Of a stretch of DNA of 64,000 nucleotides, positions 11,401 through 24,000 are shown one piece after another (the stretch's first letter is position 1; the number at the start of each line of letters is the position of its first letter). Both the position numbers and the translations under genes were made by a program. Source of the stretch: Podarcis muralis (taxonomy: Eukaryota); assembly GCF_964188315.1 (NCBI RefSeq), contig NC_135668.1, positions 30,008,001 to 30,072,000 on the forward strand, written 5' to 3'. The notes below the pieces were generated by a model that did not search any database, was not told where the DNA came from, and worked only from the letters and a program-made list of their open reading frames with translations.

Positions 11401-12707
11401 CAGGACAGGCGGAGGGAAGCCCCTCTTCCCTGGCACAATAGCACACCAGGAATTTTGCCCTCCCCCCCCCAAGAGAAACCCCCTGCAGTTATCATCGAAA
11501 TTTAGCGTGGGAGGGGCAGAGGCATTTTATATAGCTAAAGGGCTTCCGAGATTTGGGGTGTGTGTATGGCCGTCTGAATAGCTCTTTTCAACATTGGAGG
11601 GGCGCAGGTGATGGCCCCTCTGGCGCCCCCCCCCCAAGTTTAGCCTTAGGCTGGTGATGTGACAACCAACAGAGCTTGTAACGGAGCTGGGACTGACCCC
11701 TCCTGAACTCTGGGGTTCAGCCGTGGACCTTGGCAAGCGAAACAACCTGATGCCCACGTGCCCCACCCATCTCAGCATGACGCTGGACCAGACCCCCGGT
11801 CACCCCACAGCCAGCCCTCAAGGGCCACCCTGAGGCAAGGAGAGGAAGGCATCACAAGCGGGGTTCGAATGCCCCCCATATCGCCTGCATTTGCAAAACC
11901 CTTCATCTGCTGTTCCCCCACACCAGGCTGTGCTGCCAATCTGGGCACCCATTAACAAATGTTTGTATCTGTCTTGGATAGAGCATGCTTGCCAACTCAG
12001 ATTTTGCCACAGAAGCTGTGAACAAAAGTGCATTTCGGAAGGACTGTCTGCCACAGGGGGGCAGCGCAGAGAGAAAGAGAAAGGGAGAGTGGGAAAGAAA
12101 GAGAGAGACTGTCCCCACCAGAACCCTAGGAGAGCACCTGCTTTATAGGCACATATTTTTTAATTCCTTTTATATTCAATCTTGTTCTCCAGTGAGTTCA
12201 GGGTAGTGTATATGGTTCACGCCTCCTCAATTAATTCTCTCAAACTTGAGGCCCCATCTGTTGTTGGACTACAACTCCCATCATTCCTAGCTAGAGCACC
12301 TGTGGTCAGGGATGATTGAAGTTGTAGTCCAACAACAGATTAGTGTGTCAGACTAGGACCCGGGAAACCAGGGTTCAAATCTCCATGAAGTTCATTGGGC
12401 CAGGTACTGTCTCTCAACACATAGTTGTTGTGGATCGGGGATCCACATGCACACCACCTTGAGCTCCTTGGAGGAAAAGCTGGGATAGAAATGCAATAAA
12501 CAAATGCCAATCATCCCCAAAACCTCTTTCCTGCTGCACCAGCTGCCCATGTTGCAGAGAACTTTGCACTTGTGGACAGTGGACCGTGACATCTTGAGAG
12601 CTTTAGACTGGGGAAGGCTGAGATAGACCACATCTTTCAACTATTCCAACTTGGTTGGGAATTTTCATATCTAAAACCTTATTTCCTTCTCTCCCCCCCC
12701 CCCCCAG

Positions 12708-12814
12708 GTCCATTCTGAAAGCCTCAGCTGACCTCAGCATCGCTGGCCTCCCGGCCAGGTGAAACTGGTTCCTTGCATCTTTGTACCCATGCCAGCTGCT
12801 CAGAGCTGAAGGAG
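12708..12814 (+). other. Candidate non-coding (5' UTR) exon
   Basis: Long pyrimidine tract TTATTTCCTTCTCTCCCCCCCCCCCCCAG| before 12708 and donor GAG|GTGAGT after 12814; 107 nt; no long reading frame. Confidence 0.5.
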
Positions 12815-13409
12815 GTGAGTGTGAGGACCCTCAGCCTGTCAGCTTGTGTGCTTCCTTTATGAGATGAAGCCTCGACAAATGGGCAAAGACGTCAAAGCAG
12901 CTGCCAGCCGAGAGGGTATTTGGCATCTTCTGGGAAAGGCTGGGCAATCAATGAGGGAACCTGCCTGCAAAAAAGGTCTCTCCCCCCCCCAATGAATTTG
13001 GGGCCTTCCTTGGCCAAGTGCCATTCTGTGAACCCCAGCCTACAATAGTGGGACCCACCAGGGTTATTGGGGAGGGCTTCCCCTGGTGTCATGTGGTGGG
13101 AGGCAGCTCACAGCCACATATCTTTCTTTCTGACAATATCCCGAGCTATTTAAGGGTAGTGTGTGTGTGTTGGGAGGGGGGAAGGGAGAAGGGATTGGGA
13201 GTCACCATGTTTTTAGGGTGGCAGACATTTCCTTCCTTCTCTCCAACCTCCCCACCAAAATGTTTGAGAACAACTCAGCTTCCACCAGGGCATCAACGGA
13301 AATAAAGGAAGTAGCCTGGAACAGCCAGGTCAGAGTATTTTCCCCTTGGCTTTATTGGAAAGCTAGAAGCAGGGAGGAGTGTCTATGGTGGTGATGATTT
13401 ATTAATTTA

Positions 13410-13730
13410 TATACCGCGTAGATGCCAAAATGGTTTCTAAGCAGTTTACAAAACCAATATGCAGAGTACACAGCGGCATCAAAACACCCTTAATTTGAAT
13501 TTACAATGAAACAAACAATTTAGAAAGCATGACAATGAAAGACAGTTTGAAAAAAGCAGTGAAAACAATAAAACCACAAGTTCAAGTTCAGGGAAAGGCT
13601 TACCAAACAGGTGTGTAACCAGGTGGTGGCAGAATGCCAACAGTAATGGGGTGTCTCGAATTTCATCAGGGAAGGCATTCCACAACACTGGTGCCACCAG
13701 CAAAAAAATTAAATAAAACCCAACCTCTCT
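13410..13730 (-). mobile_element. L2-clade LINE 3' fragment
   Basis: Minus ORF VAPVLWNAFPDEIRDTPLLLAFCHHLVTHLF resembles the L2 RT C-terminal motif (AP.LWN.LP..IR....L..F...LKT.LF). Related fragments at about 16915-17400 (+), 24130-24545 (-), 27235-27390 (-), 43208-43385 (-), 43890-44020 (+) and 51830-52200 (-). Confidence 0.7.
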
Positions 13731-16700
13731 GTTACCACAAGCCGATAATCATGAGATTGTGGGCCCTGCTGTGGTGCTGACGGCCTGGCATTTGCCCATG
13801 GGAGCTGCCTTACAGAATTGCTGTTTTGTTTTATGTGGCTGAATCTCTCCCTCCACCTGCCTTTGTTTCTGCCACCCTTGGTGCCCTCCAGGAACCAGCA
13901 GCAGCCATGACTGTACAGCCCTCTGTGGGAATGCTGTGACCTTAAGGGGGCAGATTCCAGCAACAGTTGCAGTTGCAAAGAGGAACAGCCTCCCTGGAAG
14001 CCTGTTTGCACTGTTTGGAGTTATCAGTGGCCCTTGCTGGGTCTCTCTGCCCTGGGAGGAGGGCACAGGGCATCTTGATTGAGTCAGCGTGGCTTAGGAC
14101 ATGGCTCCTCTGAGCTGCTCCCCACATGTATGCTGACAGTACTGGGCAAGGAAGAGGCAACCCAAGAAGGCACGCACTCATGTGTGTCCTAGCCAGCCTG
14201 GTTGGCAGTGACTGGGGAGAGTTCTTTCTCCCAGGGAGGAGAGGGGGCATCTGAAGGTCTGCACTGGGTCATCCGACTGGACCAGTGGCTGGATCTTACT
14301 TCAGCATTGGCAGAAGGACAGCACCCGGCACTGCAGTGGGTCACACCCACCCCATACACATTGAAGGTGCACGGTTTTCCCCAAAGAATCCTGTAGTTTA
14401 CTCCTCAGAGAGCTACAATTCTCAGCACCCTTAAACTGTAGGATTCTTTGGGGAAAGTCATGCACTTTAAATGTGGGAGAGTCCCTTAGGGCAGGCAGTG
14501 GTGGAGGCGGTGCTGCAGGTCATATGGCACATGGTGGTCTGTCTCCCAATACTTTGCAGGGGCTCAGTCTCCTCCACCCCCAACACAGCACCTGGATCCT
14601 ATATAGGCAACAGGGCATGGGCTTGCCCTTCCCTTGTCTGAAGGCTGAAAGGGCCAGCGCTGAGCTCCTACCCAGCCTCTACAGGCTGGTCTCCCAGCTG
14701 CCTGCCCCTGCCTGCAACCAGATCTGGGCCCTGCCCTGAGCTAGGAGATCAAATGACACCATTGATTGTGTGCTTGATCAGCTGGCTTCCAAAAAGATCC
14801 CTTCCTCCCAAATCCCAGGGCACGACAATAGACCTGGGCCAAGCAAAGCTGGCTGGCTGCATTTTTCTCAGGCCCAGAGGTCTCCTGTGGGTGGGCAGCC
14901 AGCCAGCTAGCTAGCCAACTGGGCAGCCACCTGGAATCTCAGCCTCCAGGCTTCCCTTCCTAATGTCCAGAAGTGGAGGAGAGTCCAAGAGAAGGCTCAG
15001 CAGGGGACTAACTGCCTTTTCGATAGGGAAGGAGTGCATGCGCACTTTGACATTGGCCCTCCTGGCCACCTTGTTCCCAACAGGAGGCTCTCCAAGGTGC
15101 TAGTCCACAACAAGCAAGGAGCCCCAGCACGGGGGTGTGGCTGTGAGGTCTGTAGATGGAAGAAAGGAACCCAAATCCACAAGGGCACCTCCTTACTCCA
15201 GGCATGGGCTGCCAGTCCCCCCCCCCCATTTATCCATTGCCTCTGCCCAGTTGAATTGATGCATTTGTTTCAGTGGTGGTGTTGTGTAACGATAACGGTA
15301 TTAGAAACCCACCTGCCGTTGGAGATACCTGAGCACCTCTGCAGGCAAATTGCAGGATTGCAAAGGGAAGGGCAGAAGCGCTGGGCTGTTTGGTTTCAAG
15401 CCCTCTAGCCCCCTCCTCTCTCCCAGCCACTGGCTGCCCTTGGAGAGCTTTGCTCCGTCCTTTCATCTCTCGGCCCAGGAAAGGGGAGGCCTGGGGTGAA
15501 GCTGGCCTCTCTCCCAAGTTGCTTTTGTCCTGGCTGCCAGGGCTTTGCCTCCCTCTTTTTGCAATGGGTGCTGCTGCTGCCTCTGCCGCCACCGTTTGCT
15601 TGGGACCAATCCAGAGCCACCTCTTGGCCACCCTCCCTCTGGGAAGATGAAAACAGCCACTGCCTTTCCTCCTCCCCCACTTCCTCCCCCGCCTCTCTCT
15701 CTCCCCCACTTCGCTCCGCTGGGCCCCTGATCCTCCCCGTGCTGATGCCAATGCTCATTGACCCACCACCTCGACCCTTGCTAGTTCCCGGGGCCATTCT
15801 CTCATGCTCCTCCGTTGCCATGGCAAACCAAGTGGCAGGCATTCATCACGGGTTGCCGTGGTTACTGCTGGACGGATGCAGCGAGGAGGTCCTCGAAGGG
15901 GCTCCTGAGCAGAGTCCCACCTGGACCCTCTTCATCCTCCTCTCCCTCCTGACAGCTGTGTTTGGGAGGAAAGAAGCCTGCTCAACCGTCCCAGTACCCC
16001 AAAGAAGGGGAATCAGGGAGAATCCTTTTTGTTTAGGGCCAAGCCTGTGCATTGAAACCCTCCCCCATCTCCTTGAGTGCTTGCTCCTCTTGCTGCACAG
16101 TTTGTTTTCCTAAAGTGAGGGGAGAGGTGATGGTTCTGTGTACTCCCTTTTTTTTGCAAAGACAGGGTGCGGATGGGCCCCTGCCAGGACTCCCAGAGTC
16201 ATAATTTCCCTGGAAGAGTTGAGAGAGCAAATATCTGCACTGAGTTCAAGGCAAGAGTGGGAGATCTTCCTTTCTGAAAGTCACGTGGCGGTTCCTGCCA
16301 TGATGCTCAGGAACTGCTCCTCCATTATATGTGAACTGGAAGGCCACAGGAGCCATGTTCTCTGCCAAGAGCATGTCTCCCTCTCTGCTTCTCCCTTTAA
16401 GATGCAGAGGCAGAGTGTTGGGCATGAGCAAATGATTCCTTCGCCACCATCCTTGACAGAGCTGCCACTACCCACTGGAAGGGGTGGGGGACTTAAATGC
16501 AGGCAATGCCAAAAGGTTTCTCCTTCACACAGAACCACCCCACAAGAGTGCCGTGGTTGCTGGATGTGGAAGGGAAGCAGAAAGAGAGGGGGATAGAGTT
16601 CTGTGCGTAGGTGACTTGGGGATTCTCATTCCCCGAAGTACAGCCTCTATTTGTTCAGAGTGATGGTATCCCACCCTTTGCTTCAGCTCTAAAACCTCTC

Positions 16701-19700
16701 AGGGCAACTGACTTGTGAAATGAAAGCTAATGGAGTATTATTATTTTTTGCTGTGGTTGGGGATGCACACATCTCAGGCCCTGATGGGTCAGCATCTGGA
16801 GCCTTGCAGGGTCTGCCATGACCAGTTGGCTTTGCATTTTGCCGATGAAATTGCTCATACCTGTTCCAAAGTGCTCTGGGTGGGACTGTCTTTGAACCTG
16901 TAATGGTTATAGAAAGTGGCTGCCGAGGTTATATCGCACCTATACTGCACTGGTTAAAGTGACTGCCTGTTCATTCCTGTGCCCAGTTCAAGGTGCTGGT
17001 TTCGGTCTTCAGGGTCTTAAACCATTTAGGACCAGGTTACCTGTAGGGCTGTTTGCCCACCTGAACGTTGAGATCAGTGCCTGAAGTCCTGAGGTCTGGC
17101 CTGCCAGCAGGAGAGGTTAGATTGGTGGGCAGCAGGGACAGGGGCTTTTGAGTGGAGATCCCACATCTCTGGAAGCCTCTCTCCAGGGAGAGATGTACAT
17201 CTTGGACACTGATAGCCTTTAAGGAAACTCTGAAGGTGTTTCTGTTCCAGCCTGTGTTTGATTATTTCATATGCTGTGCTTGAATTTCTTTTAAAATTAG
17301 TGGTTCTATTGAAATTGCTGCTGTCTTTATGAGCTTAAAACAGCATGTGAACAACTTTTAGAAGGTGGTGAGTTATAAATATTTGAATAAATAAAAACTC
17401 AAAATACAGCACAACAATACAACACATAGCGTTTTTAGGCATTACTGCCCTGAAGAGGAAGCACACGCATAATGGAACAGCACTGCCAAATCATTGCCCA
17501 GCTCCTTCTAGCTTCTCCATCGGTTGACTGCTATTCCTGAAGCAAGGAGCTTCCTGTGCTCATGGAGGCTCCCCACAAATGCTCCTCCAGTGCAGGAGGC
17601 TTCCTGCATCAGAAGGAAGGGACTAAATAGCGCCTGAAGAGGACTTCAGTTAAAACCAGCTCCAAAATATGTTGGGTGAGCAATAAGGGCATCTTTGCCT
17701 GGCACCCAAAGGACATCAACACCAGACTTGGTTGCAGATGCTGAGGTGGGCACTGCGCTGGGTCCTCTCTCTCCACAATTCCCACCCACCGGACTTCAGA
17801 GGGCTTCTACTGGAGGGCTCAGGTGTCAATCATAAAGTCCAGGTGGGCTTATCTGTGAGGAGGAGGAAAGATCCACAGCTGTGCCTGCCTGTAAAGCTGC
17901 TATTACATAAAAGCCCCCAGGGTGGCTTCCAACAGCATAATTGAAAACAGACACACGTAGCAATAAATATAAAACCAGCAGTAATAAAAAAGAAAGCAGC
18001 AAAACAAAACAAAAACCCATAGCCAGTTTACAGCTTAAAGCTGTAAGGAAATGCAGAAGTCCTTCGCCTGGCACTGAGATGACATCAGGCCTTTAATGGT
18101 GACGGGCAGCACTTTGAATTGTGCCCAGAAATGGATGGGCAGCAGCCTGGTGGCCAGGGGTCCTCTCTAGAGCTAGTCCCAGCCCAGCAGCTGCATTCTG
18201 TCCTGACATTTCTGGGGAACCTTCCAAGGCAGGCAAGCAGGCCCATGTGCACCGCAGATTGCAGCTGTGGTTTAAGCTAGGAAGCTTCAGCTCTCTAATT
18301 ATTCTTGATGGAGGGGTTGAGTTCTAGTCTGAAGAACATCAGCAGAGCCTGCCTGCAGCTGCTGCAGGGTCACACCACAGGCTCACCTAGTTCTCTGTCT
18401 TGTTCCAAACCAATGCGGAACTCGTAAGCAAGCAGGCCCTGAGCTCTCCTTTGCACTGGGCAGCACATGCCGCTTGGAAGCAGGGCAGAGCTGCACACTG
18501 GCATCTTAAAGCTTATGTGATGCAGGATTAGGCTTCCCAGGTCACCTTCTGAAAGGCAGAGGGCTCGGCCTAAAAGTGCACCCAGGGCAGAGGCAGAAGA
18601 ACCTTCAGAAACCATCTAGTCAATAGTGTATTATAGAAGAAGAAAAAACTGGCACAGAATTAAAGCATTAAGAATTAAAAATAAACATGTCCAAACAAGC
18701 TGACCAGGAAACTCAGCTCAGTACAGGGGTTGCCATTTGCAAGTCAAGGCCCATAGAACTTTCTATTGTTTGTTACAGCTTTTGTACAGCCATAGACAAG
18801 GAATTAATCCATTTATTCTTAGGTGAAACAACTTATATACAAAAAAATTTCTAAAATATTAAACCAGACAATTCAGCAACAGACAGAAGACAGGAAACGC
18901 ATTCAGCTAATATTATAGTCACCATTTTAATTTATTGTCTGTTGTTTGTTTAACATATATAGAAATATAGGATGCTCAATCAAGTGGTCCCCCACCTCCG
19001 CCCCGCCCCAAACCATGGGTCTTGGCATCAGGATCAGCATGGGAGAGTTCCTCAATAAATAGTTACTGTGGAAATTGGAGGGGCAAGAAAGACTAGTGGG
19101 CATCAATGGAGCTGAATGTTGGGAGACTGAAGACAGATAAGAAAAAGCACTTCTTTGTGCAGTGCTTAGTCAAACTACGGAAATTGCTCCCACAGGAGGC
19201 AGTAACCCAGACTGCGGTAAAAGAGGGTTTACTATTTTGGAAGAGGGGAGACTTCAGCACTGGGGAGCGGGCAGGCTGGCGAGGCCCCCTAAGTAGGCTT
19301 CAGCCTATACATAAATCCGGCACTGCCACTGGGACATGATAATCTTGACGGCTCCACCCTCCAAGGCAGATGCAGTCTGTGTTAAGAGATTCAGCTCATT
19401 CAGGATAAGATTTTACATAAACAAAATCAAGGAAAGGGGTGTGATCCCGGCTCGCTCGGGAGTGTTGTAATGATGGTGTTGATATTTCACGTGTTACTTC
19501 CACCCTGCTGGTGCAGAGAGAGACGTTCAGTGGTCCCTGACCCAGGCAGCTGTTAGGGTGGACTCTCAGCCATTCACTGCTGGTGCACCAGAGGGGGTTG
19601 CAACCCAGGAGGAGAAGGAGGTCAGACTGGGCAGAGCCAGGTGCCCAGGGCAGGCTCAGAGCAGCGGGCCAGTTGCCAGGGGAACAGGCAGGAGCCTGTT

Positions 19701-20149
19701 GCAGGCCTGCCTCTCTGAGGCTGCCCTGCTGGTTGGCCCCACAGCCTGTGTGTCTCTCCCTCTCTGTTTGCCAGCCCTGCCTGGGCGCTCTGCCAGGGCG
19801 GGGTGGGCACGGTGCCCAGGAGAGCAGGGAGATTAGCCCAGAGTTCAACAATGCCCACAGGGCAGAGGAGCTGCCAGGGAGGTCTGGCCCAGTGCGGGGG
19901 GCAGGGGGCATGCGGACACTCCCACCCCTTGCTTCTCATCCAGTGGGGTGTTCTTGAGATGCCCCCATTCAACCTAGCTCCTGGGAGAAGCAGGCATGGA
20001 GCCCAAGGAAGAGTTGGGAGGAGAGGGGGTGGGGTGGGGCTGCCTTTGTCATAGTGCCCCGGGGGGAGGGAGGTTGCTTTTGGCCCAAGAGACTCTTTTG
20101 TTTTGGGCTGCAGTTTTGGGGTTGGCGGGGGGTATCACCCATGGGTGCT

Positions 20150-21060
20150 AAAGCTGTCGCGTGCTTTGGTTCGACGGCACCGCCAGGCGAAGCCCCAACG
20201 AGAGTAGCTGCCTAGCTCGGGATTGGGGCGTCAGATTTGGAGGGCGGGAGAGAGGAGGAGGAGGAGTAACCGCATGGGGGTGGTGCGGTTCTGGGAGAGA
20301 TTAGCAAAGGGACGTTCAGGGCTGCTTTCAACGGCCGGGGGAAGATGTTGGGGCGGGGCCGGCCCTCGGAGCTTCACCCACATCTCCTCCTCCTCCCTCT
20401 CCCTCTCCCTCTCCCTCTCTCTCAGGTCCGGACCTGTCTCTTCCCGAGGGAGGGGGCGGAGGCGCGGCCACTCCCGCCCCGACGGGGGAGGAGGAACCAG
20501 AAAGAGCAGCAGTCCGAGCAGCTCCGAAGTTTTGCAACTTGATCTGCCTGCCTGCCTGGTCGAGCGAGCAAAGCCTCCGACGCTCCGCAGCCCGCCGCCG
20601 CTGCTGCTGCCCAGGCCCCGCTCCCCTCGGACCCACTGCGCCATGGGGCTCCGGGAGTCGGCGCTGCTGCTGTTGGGAGCGCTCCTGGCCGCCGCTGCCG
20701 AAGAGGAGCCGGTGCCGCGCCTGAGTCTGCGCCTCGGTAAGCCTGAGAGGTCGGGGGCGGCCCAGCCACAGCGGAGGCCCCGTCGAGGGATGCTCCTGGC
20801 CGGGGAAGCGGCGGGGGACCGGACCGACGCTGCTCTCTCGGCCTGCCCCTTCGGGGTCTGATTGGTGGGAGGCGCTGATATTTCACGCTGCTGGTGGGGA
20901 GAAGGAGATCTCCGCGGGCTGATGGGGTGTTTTAGTATCTTGCGGGGGCTCGAGGGCGCGGAGCCCAGGGTCTTTTCCTTTTGCTCTTTGTAAAGCACCT
21001 CGAATACTGACACTCACACCCCGAATACCGTGAGCGGCCCCGTGAAGAGGTTTTCCCTTT
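20150..21060. promoter_or_regulatory. CpG island at the SEMA4B first coding exon
   Basis: CpG-dense tract around ATG 20643. Includes a (CTCCCT)n tract ending in an AG acceptor at 20424-20425. Confidence 0.8.
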
Positions 21061-24000
21061 GGGCTTCTTCCTTGATGTGGCGAGGACTGCCATGGCACTT
21101 TTGGTCTCCCCATTGGAGTCGGAAGCCTTGAAAAGGGGTGCCAAGACCATTCAGCCTCCCATCATCCCTGACCACTGGTCCTGTGAGCTAGGGATCATGG
21201 GAGTTGTAGGCTAAAAACATCTGGGGACCCAAGGTTGAGAACCCAACCTCTTGCCTTAGGAAAGGGTTCCTTGACTGGAGAGCAGTGCCGCTCCATGAAA
21301 TCAGCAGCTGGGCCTGACCTGGCCCATGGCCGGACTTGGTGGCCAGCATCCATATGATAACTACACATGTCTTGCACCCTGGTGGGTGGGTGGCACCAAA
21401 AGCACCCTGGCCAGGGCTTTGTTACCCTTGTTTTCCAGCGCACCCAGTACCAACCCCCTTTGATCCAGTGGGGGGCTTTGGCCAGAGGCTCCTGAGTATG
21501 TCCCTGGGGAAGCTGTGGCTTTGGACAACTGTGTAGATGGGGTCTTTTGGAGCTGAAGGGGAGTCCAGCTGACCCTGCAGCAGTCCTGGGCTGAGCCTGA
21601 GAAGGGGGCTCCCTGTCCCCTGGGCACTGCCATTCATTGCCAGAGCAAGAGTAGCTGCCAGCCTCTCACATTTCAGGGGGTCCTACAGTGACTACCCTAC
21701 CATCTCTTGCTCCATAGGGCCTGGGCAGTGCAGGAGGTCCTTCCTCCCCTGGGAGGTCACTGCAACCACTTTTGTGGTCAGTCAAGGCCTCTGCTGCTTC
21801 CCCACATCCACAGCAGTCCCCTGCAGTCCCCACTCTCCCTGGGCTGTGTTTTTGTTGCTCCCCAGACCAGCAGGGGGCAGGAGGAAGAGAAGGAGGGACC
21901 TGAGCACACTCCCTCTCTCAGGTTTGTCTGAAGGTGGCAGGACCTGCCCCAACAAGCTTTTCTGGCAACTGCATTTCGCTTCAGTGGAGCTGATGAAATA
22001 GAGGCTGGGTAGCTACTGGGGACCTCCAGAGATCCGGGGAAGGATTGGGGCCTTCTCCTGTGCATGTGCCAGCCAGGTGCCAGCTGCAGTGGGTGACCCG
22101 AATGGTCCCAACAGACTCACCTGAAATACTATCTTTTGTGAAAACCATTAATTATCGTATGGGGAGATGGTTTATGGAGGGGATTAGTAGCAAAGAACTG
22201 CTTAGCAAAATTGGGTATAAGACAAAACACCCATCTAGTGGGCAGACTTTGGGGTGGCTGCTATTTCCTCCGGCCTTGGTTGGGTGTGTGCGTGCAAGAG
22301 GCAACAAAGTGCTGTCTCAGCTTGCAGGTTGCTTCTTCCAACACAGGGCCAGGTGTGCAGGTTGAGTGGGTTTGAGGAAGAGGCACCTGTCCCTCCAACA
22401 GCTGCCACATCAAGTGACAACTTGCCCATAGGAAGCGCTCATCACAGGGCACAGCCCTATGTGACCTCAAAAACAATCCTTCTGATAAGGGTGCTTCACA
22501 GGACTTTGTTTAGGAATAAAGCCACTGGGAAATGAGATGGGTTCACCTGGGTACCTCTACCTGGAAATGCCTCTTGCTGATCAGGTAGGGGTCAGAGTTC
22601 AGAAGACTCTGCTCCCTCTTGCTGTTACTCCCCTCACAGAAGCCAGTTGGCCACCCCAACAGTAAGAAAGGCCTGTCATGTCCTGGAGGACCCAAGCTGA
22701 AAGCATCTGCAGTCAGTTCAGACAAGCTGTTGCATCTCCTTCCCTCCCTTCCCACAGCTTGCAAGGGAGAGAGGGGGCAGTTTTTTCTAGCGAAGCTACA
22801 CAGTTTGAGGTTCAGAGCAGGTGCATAGTTAAACTGTGGAACTCGTTCCCACAGAAGGCAGTGATAGGCACCACCTTTTTCAGTTTTTAATGGAGGTGGC
22901 TTGTCAATGGCTACTAGCCATGATGGCTGTGCTCTGCCACCACAGTTGGAGACAGCAATGCTTCTGAATGCCAGTTGCTGGAAACTGCGGGGGGGGGGGG
23001 GTGCACTTGTGCTCAAATTCTGCTGGTTCCCAAATCCCACAGGCACCTGGTTGGTCACTGTGAGAAGAGGTTACTGGACTAGATGGGCCATTGGCCTGAT
23101 TTTACATTCTTATGGAAGCTTTAAGAGATGATTAGAGAAATTCATGGAGGAGGATACCAAATTCATGGTGCCAGTGGCTATCAGCCACAATGGCTACGCT
23201 TTCCCTCCGCTGTTGGCAACAGAATGTTGCTAAATGCTAGTTTGGGGAGAGTTGCTGCCGTTGCGCTCAGGTCCCATTGGGGCGTCTGGTTGGCCACTGG
23301 GGGAACTGGGTGCTGAGTTAGATGGACCCCCTTTGGCCTGATCCAGCAGCCATATTCTTCTTAGGGCCTTGTACTCGGTGTCCATGGAGATGTTGAACCC
23401 CACAGCACCATGTCCTGAATTCCTCTTGCTTGATCATAGGTGTGCGTCCCCAAAAGACTGTGCATCACAGCTGGTCCTTTTCATGGACACTGTTGTCTTT
23501 TGGTTGTGCCTTTGGACTCTCTTTTGCTGGTGTAGGAACTTGGCAGCCCAGTACTTCCCCTCATATTCACTCATTTCCTAGAGAGCCGCTGCAGCAACAG
23601 AGTTGTCTGTGTAATACTTTGGAGTCCAGACCAGGAAATTCCTGGATTGGATAGACTGGTGGGAGTGGCCCTCTGCCAGCCTCTGCCCCTTCTGGGTCAC
23701 AAGCGAGGGCAAAAGATTGCCCAACCCTGTGACGAGGTACGGAGTCACAGATGTGTGCTCTGCTGGTGCCCACGGATCACCATCCTGCGGAAGCTGGCTC
23801 ATCCAGACTGGCAGGTAGGTGCCTGTTCCCCAGCGAGAGGCAAGCCTCCTGTTCCCTGCTCAGCTGTTTCCCTCTTGCCTTTCCCATAGTTGGACCATCC
23901 GTCCTCTGCTGGTGAATGTGAGCTGGGGCTTTTCTAAGGGATACTCAGAACTGCGCAAGTGCTACATGATTGTAGTTTGCAACACACACCTCTGCATTTT

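Noticed and set aside
15496-16113. 205-aa ORF with hydrophobic stretches
   Set aside because: No recognisable family or exon structure, and an alternative (TTG) start; hydrophobicity follows from pyrimidine-rich DNA.
20231-21013. 260-aa minus-strand ORF over the SEMA4B CpG island
   Set aside because: GC-driven open frame with microsatellite-derived RERERE; no homology recognised.
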